Assembly: GCA_964460675.1 (NCBI GenBank)
Contig: CAYWRD010000002.1
Location: 1,472 to 38,554 of the forward strand
Source of the DNA: an uncultured Nitrosopumilaceae archaeon
GTDB lineage: Archaea; Thermoproteota; Nitrososphaeria; Nitrososphaerales; Nitrosopumilaceae
Length of the DNA: 37,083 bases
Direction of reading: 5' to 3'
Shown here: positions 26,084-34,125 of the stretch, one piece after another
Layout: each line of letters begins with the position of its first letter
How positions within the stretch are numbered: the stretch's first letter is position 1
The notes under the pieces: generated by a model
Databases searched by the model: none
What the model was told of the DNA's origin: nothing
Seen by the model: the letters and a program-made list of their open reading frames with translations, nothing else
Program-made: the position numbers and the translations under genes

Positions 26084-27229
26084 TTGTCCATTCCACACGT
26101 GCTAATTTTAGGTGGGGGATTTGGAGGGTTATCCGCAGCAAATGAAATTAGAAAATCATTCCCTGCATCACAAGTAAAAATTACAGTTATTGATAAAAAG
26201 GATTGGTTTATGGTTGGTTTTGCAAAATTATGGATAATCCAAGGAGTTAGAACTTTTGAGAATTCAATTGGCTCTCTAACTGAATTACCAAAAAAAGATA
26301 TCCATTTTGTAAAAGACGAGATTCAAAAAATTGATCTCAAAAATAGAAAGGTCCACACCGAAAATAGTGATTTTAATTATGACTATCTTATCATAGCTTT
26401 AGGAACCTCTTTAGTTCCAGAAAAAATTCCAGGTTTGGTTCAAAATGGTTTTAATTTATACGGACATGAGGAATTAGGTAAGATTAGAGAAAAACTCACC
26501 ACAATGAAATCGGGAAAAGTTGCCCTCTCTATAATGGGAATGCCTTACAAATGCCCTCCTGCACCATTCGAAGCATGTCTTCTTATTGATTCACTCTTGA
26601 GAGAAAACAATACACGTGATTCTGTTCAAATTCATATGTATAGCCCAGCACCAATCACATTACCCGCAGCTGGTCCAGAAGTAAGTGAACAGGTTCTTGA
26701 AATGATCAATTCAGATGAAATTAAATTTCATCCTAACTGTAAAGTAAAATATGTCGAAGCTAACAAACTAAAATTTGAAAACGGTGAAGCTGATTTTGAT
26801 CTTCTGTTAGCTATTCCTCCACATATTGCACCAAAAGTGGTATATGATTCTGGACTTGCCAAAGAAAATGGGTTTATTGTAATTGATAAGGATTGTAAAA
26901 CCCCATTTGAGAATGTATATGCAGTTGGTGATGTCACCAGCTTACCCGTAGGAGAAAAAATGGCAGTTCCAAAGGCAGGAGTCTTTGCTGAAGGTGAAGG
27001 AATAACAGTTGCAAAAAACATTATGGCAAAAATTCAATCAAAAGAGGAATCAGCAAAATTTGATGGAAAGGGAGGATGCTTTTTAGAATCCGGCAAGGGT
27101 ACTGCATCACTAATTGAAGTAGATATGTTTGCAGATCCTAAACCTTCGACTAAACTTACAGAATCAACAATTGAACATAAAAACGAAAAATTACAATTTG
27201 AAAAAGAACGATTACAAAACTGGCTTTAA
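26084..27229 (+). CDS. FAD-dependent pyridine nucleotide-disulfide oxidoreductase, sulfide:quinone oxidoreductase-like
   Basis: ILGGGFGGLSAA, YKCPPAPFEA and YAVGDV are present. The start codon is TTG. Confidence 0.7.
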   Translation: MSIPHVLILGGGFGGLSAANEIRKSFPASQVKITVIDKKDWFMVGFAKLWIIQGVRTFENSIGSLTELPKKDIHFVKDEIQKIDLKNRKVHTENSDFNYDYLIIALGTSLVPEKIPGLVQNGFNLYGHEELGKIREKLTTMKSGKVALSIMGMPYKCPPAPFEACLLIDSLLRENNTRDSVQIHMYSPAPITLPAAGPEVSEQVLEMINSDEIKFHPNCKVKYVEANKLKFENGEADFDLLLAIPPHIAPKVVYDSGLAKENGFIVIDKDCKTPFENVYAVGDVTSLPVGEKMAVPKAGVFAEGEGITVAKNIMAKIQSKEESAKFDGKGGCFLESGKGTASLIEVDMFADPKPSTKLTESTIEHKNEKLQFEKERLQNWL

Positions 27230-27435
27230 CTATTTTTTTCTTTTTCTTTAGATAAATGTTCTAAGATAGCCCTAACCTCCACATTCAAATCTTCAGGATT
27301 TTTTTGAATGTCTAACTTTTCTGGAATTTTTTGTTTTTGCTCTTCATCTTCTAACTCTATTCGTCTTTTTTGAATACAATCCAAGTGGTCTTGTCCGCTT
27401 CCCGAAATTCTATGACAAATTGAACAGATTTTCAA
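27226..27435 (-). CDS. Small hypothetical protein with an N-terminal CxxCH...HxxC metal-binding knuckle and an acidic/lysine-rich tail
   Basis: The 69-aa sequence begins MKICSICHRISGSGQDHLDCIQKRR... Confidence 0.45.
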   Translation of the reverse strand: MKICSICHRISGSGQDHLDCIQKRRIELEDEEQKQKIPEKLDIQKNPEDLNVEVRAILEHLSKEKEKNS

Positions 27436-27491
27436 TATTTGTATATAACAATACGACGATTTAATAATTTCATTTTATGCCTTGAGCGTGA

Positions 27492-27569
27492 GGGACCGTC
27501 GTCTAGCTTGGCCATGATGCTAGCCTGGGGTGCTAGAGGTCGTGAGTTCAAATCTCACCGGTCCCACCA
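27492..27569 (+). tRNA. tRNA-Pro (anticodon GGG) with a genomically encoded 3' CCA
   Basis: Folded by hand. Acceptor stem is GGGACCG/CGGTCCC. Anticodon stem is CTAGC/GCTAG with loop CTGGGGT. T arm is GTGAG-TTCAAAT-CTCAC. The D loop contains GG, the discriminator is A, then CCA follows. The D stem is weak (3 bp). Confidence 0.85.
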
Positions 27570-28328
27570 TATTCTAAGTATTTTGAGAATTTTATCAAAA
27601 TTCTCTCTACTGTTATCTCGTTTGTATTCTCTAAGAACATCGATAATCTTCTGTTTTGCCGGAATTTTGTAGATTTTCTGTACATTTTTTGAAATACCAG
27701 ATGAGATGAAAATTGCTTGAGTTGCAGATGTTACATTTGAAACTCTACGATTTGTACTCGAACTCTCAAAGTCAATAATAGTTGCTTTTGTTTTTCCGAT
27801 AATAACATGTTTGGAAATACTACTTAGCTCACCATGATCAAAACCTATTTGATCTAGTCTAAAACAATCTTCCAATACTTGTTTAATTGCCCATTTTATT
27901 TTTTTAGAACTTCCTTTCCCATTCAATGTTTTTACCCATTGACCTATTTTTTCACCTTCAAGGTACTCCATTAATACATAATTCCTGCTTACATCAATTA
28001 ATTTTGGTCCAACATCTACACTATTTGCTAATTTCAAAAGATTAGATTCATTTCTCATTTCTTTTCTTTGAGAATCTGTTCTTCTAATCTTCAAAGCAAT
28101 CAAATCTGTTCTTTTTTTAGCTAGGATTACTATTCCAACATATCCTTTACCAAGAACTTGTAAATTGTTTATAATAGAAGGACCAAAAAAAGCAACAGAT
28201 TTTACATTAAGCTTCTCAAGTTCAGATATTCTACTCTCAATTTGTCGTTTTGTTGCTTTTGGATATCCCAAAATGGAAGAATACGGTTTATTTTTTAATT
28301 TTTTAACCGGTATAAAAGATAGTTTCAT
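27555..28328 (-). CDS. RIO/Bud32-like atypical Ser/Thr protein kinase (COG2112-type)
   Basis: It has the glycine loop GKGYVGIV, lysine LIALKIRR, hinge LMEYLEG, catalytic FDHGELS, and metal-binding IIDFESS. It overlaps the cca stop by 26 nt and the tRNA-Pro 3' end by 15 nt. Confidence 0.7.
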   Translation of the reverse strand: MKLSFIPVKKLKNKPYSSILGYPKATKRQIESRISELEKLNVKSVAFFGPSIINNLQVLGKGYVGIVILAKKRTDLIALKIRRTDSQRKEMRNESNLLKLANSVDVGPKLIDVSRNYVLMEYLEGEKIGQWVKTLNGKGSSKKIKWAIKQVLEDCFRLDQIGFDHGELSSISKHVIIGKTKATIIDFESSSTNRRVSNVTSATQAIFISSGISKNVQKIYKIPAKQKIIDVLREYKRDNSRENFDKILKILRIWWDR

Positions 28329-29631
28329 TAGTTGAAACTACATCTGATACTTCCTCTTTAATTGATTTACTCAGGTTTTTACTACCGACAAAAATTTTGA
28401 ATCCTTTTTTGATGTCTTTTTGTAAGCCTGCAGGAATACCTGATTTATTTTGATTCTTTAACAATTCTTGCAAAAATTTTGTAGCATTGTTATTTTTTCG
28501 TTGATTCATACACATTACTTTTCTATTGTTACTAATCCACATCAATTCACATTTTTTGATGTTTTTTTTGATAAAATTTTCAACATCTCTCTCATTGAAA
28601 AAATCTGGCCCATCCTTAACTAATATTTTTGAAATGTCTAATGATTCCAACATAAAAAATAGATATGCATACTTGTTCTCATCAGTAAACGCAGAGAATC
28701 TGATTATCTTGAATCCTCCAAGAGATAGCTGAGTAGAAAGTGAAGAGGCTGCCTTTTTTATCTGTCCCCATATGATGTCGGGACTTCGTTTAGAAAATGA
28801 AAATTTTACAGTTACTGTGTTTTTCCAATTCTTTGTAGTTTTTGATTTCTTATTTCTGAAGAAAGAAACTGATGGATTTTTCAAAAATGATCTGGACAAT
28901 AAAATGAACTTACCTATATTTTCATTAGATATTGCAGCAGCTAGATTTCTGTTACTATCAATAGGATCTATTATTACAATTGATGTATCAAATTTTTTCA
29001 AAGCTTTACCAATAACTTGACCTTCCTTTATCTCTGCAATTGATTTAACAACATTTTCAAAATTTCCAAAATTCAAGATTAGCACTTCACAAACATAACC
29101 ACTAAATCCTTGTTTTGCGATTTCGGCACCATAAATTCCTTGACAACGCAATAAGGTCTTAAGAATTCTAACGTCATCTCTCATATTATCTGAAAGAGTT
29201 TTTTTCATGTAATCTGTGTGAAACGGAGATCTATCTGCGGAACTTTTCCAGTTTCCTAAATTTACAGAGTAACAAGGAACTATGTTTATCTTTGTATTTT
29301 TTATCTTGGCTTCAACATAAGGATGTTCAGAGTATCTAACATAAGGCTCATATTTTTTCATTGAAGAAAATCCAATTTTCTTGGATATGTCAGTAAATTT
29401 TTTTTCCGTAACTGACACTTTGAATTTTATAAAAATATCAATGTCTGCCTTTTCTGAAAGCCAAGTACCTTTTGCAAAAGAACCGCCAAATTCAACTGAA
29501 ATAACTTCAGGATATTTTTTAATTTCCTTTTTTACTAAATCTAAAGCTAAATTTGCAATTGTGTTTTTCTCTTTTTCAATTGGTTTTGTGGGTACGACTT
29601 TTTTACGTATATTAGAAATTACTTGTTTCAT
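28303..29631 (-). CDS. cca: CCA-adding enzyme (archaeal class I tRNA nucleotidyltransferase)
   Basis: The GGSFAKGTWLSEKADIDIFI nucleotidyltransferase signature, a length of 442 aa, and PFHTDYM are all consistent. Confidence 0.9.
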   Translation of the reverse strand: MKQVISNIRKKVVPTKPIEKEKNTIANLALDLVKKEIKKYPEVISVEFGGSFAKGTWLSEKADIDIFIKFKVSVTEKKFTDISKKIGFSSMKKYEPYVRYSEHPYVEAKIKNTKINIVPCYSVNLGNWKSSADRSPFHTDYMKKTLSDNMRDDVRILKTLLRCQGIYGAEIAKQGFSGYVCEVLILNFGNFENVVKSIAEIKEGQVIGKALKKFDTSIVIIDPIDSNRNLAAAISNENIGKFILLSRSFLKNPSVSFFRNKKSKTTKNWKNTVTVKFSFSKRSPDIIWGQIKKAASSLSTQLSLGGFKIIRFSAFTDENKYAYLFFMLESLDISKILVKDGPDFFNERDVENFIKKNIKKCELMWISNNRKVMCMNQRKNNNATKFLQELLKNQNKSGIPAGLQKDIKKGFKIFVGSKNLSKSIKEEVSDVVSTNETIFYTG

Positions 29632-30167
29632 TTTAGTGCAATAACCTCCAGATCTGAATAAACAGGACCAGAAGCAGTTAGGACGCTTTTTTTGAACTTT
29701 AAATTTTCAATCTTTTGGCTGCCTAATTTTTCTGATTTGAAATCGTTTAACATTCCAGATATGTTACCGACTTTATTTTTAATCCTAAAAATAGTCATAT
29801 GTGGTTTAAACGGCTTGTCCTTCTTAAATCCTAAAGGCTCTAAAACATCTCCAACTATTTCAGCCAAGTCTATTAATTTACTTCCTCCATCCTTGTCTGT
29901 CCCTATCCAAATTACTCTAGGAAAACTGGGTTTTGGAAAAACACCAATACCCTCAAACCTTAATGTAAATTTTGGAAACGTTATGTTTCGTAAAGCATTA
30001 ATCACATTATCTGCTGCATCTTCTGAAATCTCACCAAGAAATTGAAGAGTGAAATGGAAGTTGTTTGGAGAAACTGGTTTTGCTTTAATTGATATTTTTG
30101 ATTGAAGTTTGGTGATCTCTTCAATCAATTTCTCATCAGAAACCTCAACTGCTACAAAGGTTCGCAT
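29628..30167 (-). CDS. thpR: RNA 2',3'-cyclic phosphodiesterase / 2'-5' RNA ligase (2H phosphoesterase, LigT/ThpR)
   Basis: It starts with MRTFVAVEV and carries the two HxT motifs HFTLQFLG and HMTIFR. It overlaps the cca start by 4 nt. Confidence 0.9.
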   Translation of the reverse strand: MRTFVAVEVSDEKLIEEITKLQSKISIKAKPVSPNNFHFTLQFLGEISEDAADNVINALRNITFPKFTLRFEGIGVFPKPSFPRVIWIGTDKDGGSKLIDLAEIVGDVLEPLGFKKDKPFKPHMTIFRIKNKVGNISGMLNDFKSEKLGSQKIENLKFKKSVLTASGPVYSDLEVIALK

Positions 30168-30239
30168 TACAATTTTTTTTCTAATTTCTTTATAATAATT
30201 TCCGGTACCTTCATAGAACAGAGATTTGATTTTATTATA

Positions 30240-30785
30240 TTGTCAAAGCTTATTGTATGTCTTACAGGCATGCCGGGAGCAGGAAAATCTACCATTGCAT
30301 CAGGTCTTAAGACTAAGGGATACACGATTATCAATATGGGTGATGCAGTAAGGGCCGAAGCCAAAAATCGTAACTTAGAACCTACTGGTCAAAACCTTGG
30401 AAAATTAATGTTAGAATTAAGAGAAAAAAATGGTCAAGGCGCAGTCGCAGAACTAATTAGACCACAAATCGAAAACTCTCAATCCGATGTTATAGTAATA
30501 GATGGTGTTAGATCAAATGCAGAACTGGACGTTCTCAGGAAATTTGGTACAGTAAAACTTCTTGCAGTTCATGCATCTACTGAAACTAGATTTGATTTTT
30601 TACAAAAAAGAGGAAGATCCGATGATCCTAAATCTAAAAATAATTTTAATGAACGAGACAAAAGGGAATTAGGTGTAGGAATAAGTAACTCTATTGCTCT
30701 TGCTGATGAATCAATATCAAATAACAATCTTTCAAAAGATGAACTTGTAGAGACTGCCTTTAAAATAATTGAAGGCTGGGTTTAA
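30240..30785 (+). CDS. P-loop nucleoside/nucleotide kinase-like protein (UPF0200 / adenylate-kinase-like)
   Basis: I placed the start at the in-frame TTG at 30240, giving (M)SKLIVCLTGMPGAGKST just ahead of the Walker A box. The track start at 30102 would overlap the divergent thpR gene by 66 nt. Confidence 0.65.
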   Translation: MSKLIVCLTGMPGAGKSTIASGLKTKGYTIINMGDAVRAEAKNRNLEPTGQNLGKLMLELREKNGQGAVAELIRPQIENSQSDVIVIDGVRSNAELDVLRKFGTVKLLAVHASTETRFDFLQKRGRSDDPKSKNNFNERDKRELGVGISNSIALADESISNNNLSKDELVETAFKIIEGWV

Positions 30786-31180
30786 TGAAAATTCCTCAGA
30801 TCCCATGCAAAATAGAGGCTTATGGAAGTGTGAATCCATCAGAAGACCCAAAAAAAGTTGAAAGGGCAATTTCAAACATACTTTTTGATTGTGAGATTAA
30901 GAAAGGCAAGTTTTCTATTTCAGGGAATTCCCAAAATCTAGAATCATTAGAAAAAATCTATGATGTAATTCATTCTCGTAAATCTCAAAATAGCCTTAAA
31001 AAAAATATGGAAAAAAACCTAGATCATAATACAACATGGTTTTATTTGAATAAACAAGCAGCTTTTGCAGATAATGTTGCCATCTGTGAAGAAGCTGATG
31101 AATCTCCCCTCGGACCAATAAAAATTATTCTTACCTCTCAAAAAATTGATCAAGTGATATCCTGGTTGGCTAACAACTAA
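30785..31180 (+). CDS. Putative RNA-binding protein (UPF0201/COG1931-like)
   Basis: Its ATG overlaps the stop of the kinase-like gene. VNPSEDPKKVERAISNIL near the N-terminus and PLGPIKI near the C-terminus resemble that family as I remember it. This call is weak. Confidence 0.4.
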   Translation: MKIPQIPCKIEAYGSVNPSEDPKKVERAISNILFDCEIKKGKFSISGNSQNLESLEKIYDVIHSRKSQNSLKKNMEKNLDHNTTWFYLNKQAAFADNVAICEEADESPLGPIKIILTSQKIDQVISWLANN

Positions 31181-31247
31181 CAAAATTCACCAAAAATGGG
31201 ATCTTTTTTTAGTTCCGATTTAAAAAATAATTTTTCAACTAATTATC

Positions 31248-31544
31248 ATGCTAGTCCAGCTTGTAATTATAGGCATAGTTCTCGCTGCTGGGGGTCTTCT
31301 TTTTTCATCAGAAATTCATGGTTTATTCCCAGAAACTATTGAAACTGTTACTACCTCCTTAAAATCAGATGTAACTGATTTAGGCTCTCAAACAGCTAAC
31401 TCTATAGAGCAAGGAATTGACCATTCAAAAAACGTGATTGAAAATAACATAGATTCTCCTATCAATATGATAGAGTCATCCAAAAATACACTAACTAGTA
31501 AAATCGTAGAGATTGAACCACTAAATTATAACAAAAACCCCTAA
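31248..31544 (+). CDS. Small N-terminally membrane-anchored protein, function unknown
   Basis: 98 aa. The TM helix LVQLVIIGIVLAAGGLLF is followed by a polar, Ser/Asn/Ile-rich region. Confidence 0.45.
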   Translation: MLVQLVIIGIVLAAGGLLFSSEIHGLFPETIETVTTSLKSDVTDLGSQTANSIEQGIDHSKNVIENNIDSPINMIESSKNTLTSKIVEIEPLNYNKNP

Positions 31545-32282
31545 TTATTCAGCAAATTCCTGATTCTTTTTAAAAATTGAAAGTAGCTTAGGTAATGCAA
31601 CTGAACTTTTTTCACGTATTGAAAGATGTACCTCAGAGGATAACATTGTTCTTTCTGGATTTACTTCTATCATTGTTGCTCCGTTTTGGCTAGCAAAAAC
31701 AGGAAGGGTGTTTGCAGGAGATACCAACAGTGATGTACCTGCAATTATCATTAAATCACACGATCCTGCCAGAATCATGGCATCTTGCCATGTCTTTTGC
31801 GGTAATGATTCTCCAAACCACACCACATCGGGACGTAAGATATTTCCACAAGTACACTTTGGAGGTAGCGAATTAAATTCAGAGAATAACTCCTTATTAA
31901 AATCACAAACAGTACACTTTATTCGTATTATGCTACCATGCAGCTCATATACATTAGAACTTCCTGCTTTTTGATGAAGACCATCAATATTTTGTGTTAG
32001 TATTGATACATTACCAAACTTTTCCATTTCTGCAATTGCCTTGTGAGCAGGATTTGGTTTAGCATCAAAGATATTTTTTCTTCTATCTTGGTACCACTCC
32101 CAAACAAGTTTTGGATTTTCATAAAAGGCATCTATAGTAGCTAACTTCATTGGATCATAGTTTTTCCATAAACCATCAGTTCCACGATAAGTAGGAATTC
32201 CACTATCCTGCGATATCCCAGCTCCAGTAACAAAAACAATTTTCTCCGATTCTAAAATCTGATTTTTTACTGAATCAAACAT
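31545..32282 (-). CDS. cobB: NAD-dependent protein deacylase, Sir2 family (canonical sirtuin)
   Basis: GAGISQDSGIPTYRG, QNIDGLH and catalytic HG are present. The zinc ribbon is CTVC...CTCG. Confidence 0.9.
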   Translation of the reverse strand: MFDSVKNQILESEKIVFVTGAGISQDSGIPTYRGTDGLWKNYDPMKLATIDAFYENPKLVWEWYQDRRKNIFDAKPNPAHKAIAEMEKFGNVSILTQNIDGLHQKAGSSNVYELHGSIIRIKCTVCDFNKELFSEFNSLPPKCTCGNILRPDVVWFGESLPQKTWQDAMILAGSCDLMIIAGTSLLVSPANTLPVFASQNGATMIEVNPERTMLSSEVHLSIREKSSVALPKLLSIFKKNQEFAE

Positions 32283-32284
32283 TA

Positions 32285-33184
32285 TTATTTTATATCTATC
32301 TCAAGAAGGTCTTTTGCCCCAATAACTGAGTCATGAATTTGTTTTGCTTCTTCAATTGATTTTGTCTCATCTTTGTAACGGGCAGAAAAATGGGTAAGAA
32401 TTAGATTTTTAACATTGGCATTTTTGGCAAGCGCAGCTGCTTGATATGCAGTAGAATGAAAGGTATCTACTGCCTTATCTTTTACCTCTTCAAGAAAAGT
32501 AGAATCAAATACCAAGTAATCACAATTTGCAAAGAATTTTTCTAATTCCTTTGTGGGCATAGTATCGCCTGAAATACCTATTTTTTTACCTGGCCTTTTT
32601 TCACCAAGCACTTGATCTGGCATTATTGTCTGATTATTTACTCTAATCGTCTTTCCATCCTGTAAGTCACTCCATAATTTTCCCTCGGGAATTTCTAATT
32701 CCTTGGCTTTATCTGGGTGGAATCTACCTGGCTTATCTTTTTCTTTAACTAAATACGAAAAAGCAGAAATTGAATGATTTGCCTTGCATGAATATACTGA
32801 ATATTTTTTATTTTCAATAACTTTGCCTTCATTAATAACTGTGATTAGTACCGGAAAAGTTAAGCCAAAATTTAAGATCTTAATATTTGCAGAAATAAAT
32901 TCATCAATTCCTGCCGGACCGTAGATCTCAATAGATTCTGTTCTGTTTTTCATTGCCATTGTTTGTAACAATCCTAAAATTCCTATACAGTGATCACCAT
33001 GCATATGTGTAACAAAAATTTTCATTTTTTTGTTCCAACCTAAACCGGATTTCATAAATGCAATTTGTGCTGCTTCTCCTGCATCAAACATTAGAATTTC
33101 TCCTTCTCTTTCAAGGCAGATACAAGACAAACCTCTGTTTTCGGTAGGCATGGCACCTGAGGTTCCTAAAAACACCAGTTTCAT
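32285..33184 (-). CDS. rnz: Ribonuclease Z (tRNA 3' endonuclease)
   Basis: It starts MKLVFLGTSGAMPT and has the metallo-beta-lactamase motif HMHGDH. It is 299 aa long. Confidence 0.9.
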   Translation of the reverse strand: MKLVFLGTSGAMPTENRGLSCICLEREGEILMFDAGEAAQIAFMKSGLGWNKKMKIFVTHMHGDHCIGILGLLQTMAMKNRTESIEIYGPAGIDEFISANIKILNFGLTFPVLITVINEGKVIENKKYSVYSCKANHSISAFSYLVKEKDKPGRFHPDKAKELEIPEGKLWSDLQDGKTIRVNNQTIMPDQVLGEKRPGKKIGISGDTMPTKELEKFFANCDYLVFDSTFLEEVKDKAVDTFHSTAYQAAALAKNANVKNLILTHFSARYKDETKSIEEAKQIHDSVIGAKDLLEIDIK

Positions 33185-34125
33185 TTTACCAGAATCACTC
33201 TTGTCAAGCTTTTATGCCTATAGATTTCATATTTTTTTGACGGTTTAAATTTCAATTTTTCTTCAAACCCTTTCTTACACATCACAGCAATTTTCTTTTT
33301 TTTTGGAAGAATTGATATGAAATCCTGTAAAACTTTTTCTGGTTTTTGTGATGTTTTGGATGATCTTCCATACGGTAAATCCGTAACAATTCCATTGATT
33401 CTTTCTAATTTCGTTACGTGACTAAAATCAGAATTGTATATTTTAGAATTAAAATGATTTTCTTGAACATTAATCTGAGATTTTTTACACATTTTTTTAT
33501 CAAAATCTATTCCAACTGCATGAATTCCCATTGACTCTGCTTCAATAAGAGTAGTTCCAGTACCACAAAATGGATCACAAACAGTCTCGCCCTTTCTCAA
33601 ACCAGCAAGGTTAATCATTGCCCGTGTCAACCTCCAATCAAGTTCATGAGGATGTGATTCTATTTTTTTTGGCCTCTTGGTCTGCTTGACTCTTTCTGCA
33701 AAACCAAAAAAACTCTCTTTATCAGAAAGAATCAAAAAAATTGTGATGTCTGGATTATTTAGTGATACTTTGGCATGTGAAAACTTTGATATCATATTAC
33801 CCATAGAATTTTCTAATTCATAGGGATCAAATCTTTGCGAAGCTAGATTAATTACTTTACACGAAAATGTTTTTGCGTTTTTTAAAATATCAAAATTTTC
33901 TTCATCTAGAAATAAACCAGACATCTTACGAAGAATTTGACCTGCTTCTTTGACAAATGAAGCTCTTTTGATCATGTGTTTCCAATTTGTATTGGATTGA
34001 ATTATTAACAAATTTGAAATTAACTTATGTTTTGTAAATCTATCATATATTTTTGCGATAGATATAACCTCATCTACTGCAATCTCTAAATTTTCTTTTG
34101 ATAAAACAAAAAAACTTTCCGGCAT
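33181..34125 (-). CDS. THUMP-domain tRNA (guanine-N2) methyltransferase, Trm11/Trm-G10-like
   Basis: It has the SAM motif I DPFCGTGTTLIEA and the catalytic DLPYG. A roughly 150-aa N-terminal region is compatible with THUMP. Confidence 0.8.
   Translation of the reverse strand: MPESFFVLSKENLEIAVDEVISIAKIYDRFTKHKLISNLLIIQSNTNWKHMIKRASFVKEAGQILRKMSGLFLDEENFDILKNAKTFSCKVINLASQRFDPYELENSMGNMISKFSHAKVSLNNPDITIFLILSDKESFFGFAERVKQTKRPKKIESHPHELDWRLTRAMINLAGLRKGETVCDPFCGTGTTLIEAESMGIHAVGIDFDKKMCKKSQINVQENHFNSKIYNSDFSHVTKLERINGIVTDLPYGRSSKTSQKPEKVLQDFISILPKKKKIAVMCKKGFEEKLKFKPSKKYEIYRHKSLTRVILVK

Noticed and set aside
27439-27672. 77-aa plus-strand ORF spanning the tRNA-Pro region
   Set aside because: It reads through the tRNA gene and the antisense strand of the kinase CDS, and it shows no coding signal.
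30102-30239. The N-terminal 46 codons of the track ORF 30102..30785
   Set aside because: This extension overlaps the divergent thpR coding region by 66 nt and has no P-loop kinase homology. An in-frame TTG at 30240 sits just ahead of the Walker A strand (SKLIVCLTGMPGAGKST).
31545-32282. Sir2-domain gene as a possible anti-phage effector (Thoeris/DSR-like)
   Set aside because: It is a short canonical sirtuin with the full GAGIS/QNIDGLH/HG motifs and a zinc ribbon. It is translationally coupled to housekeeping genes. No sensor or partner genes typical of defence systems are nearby.
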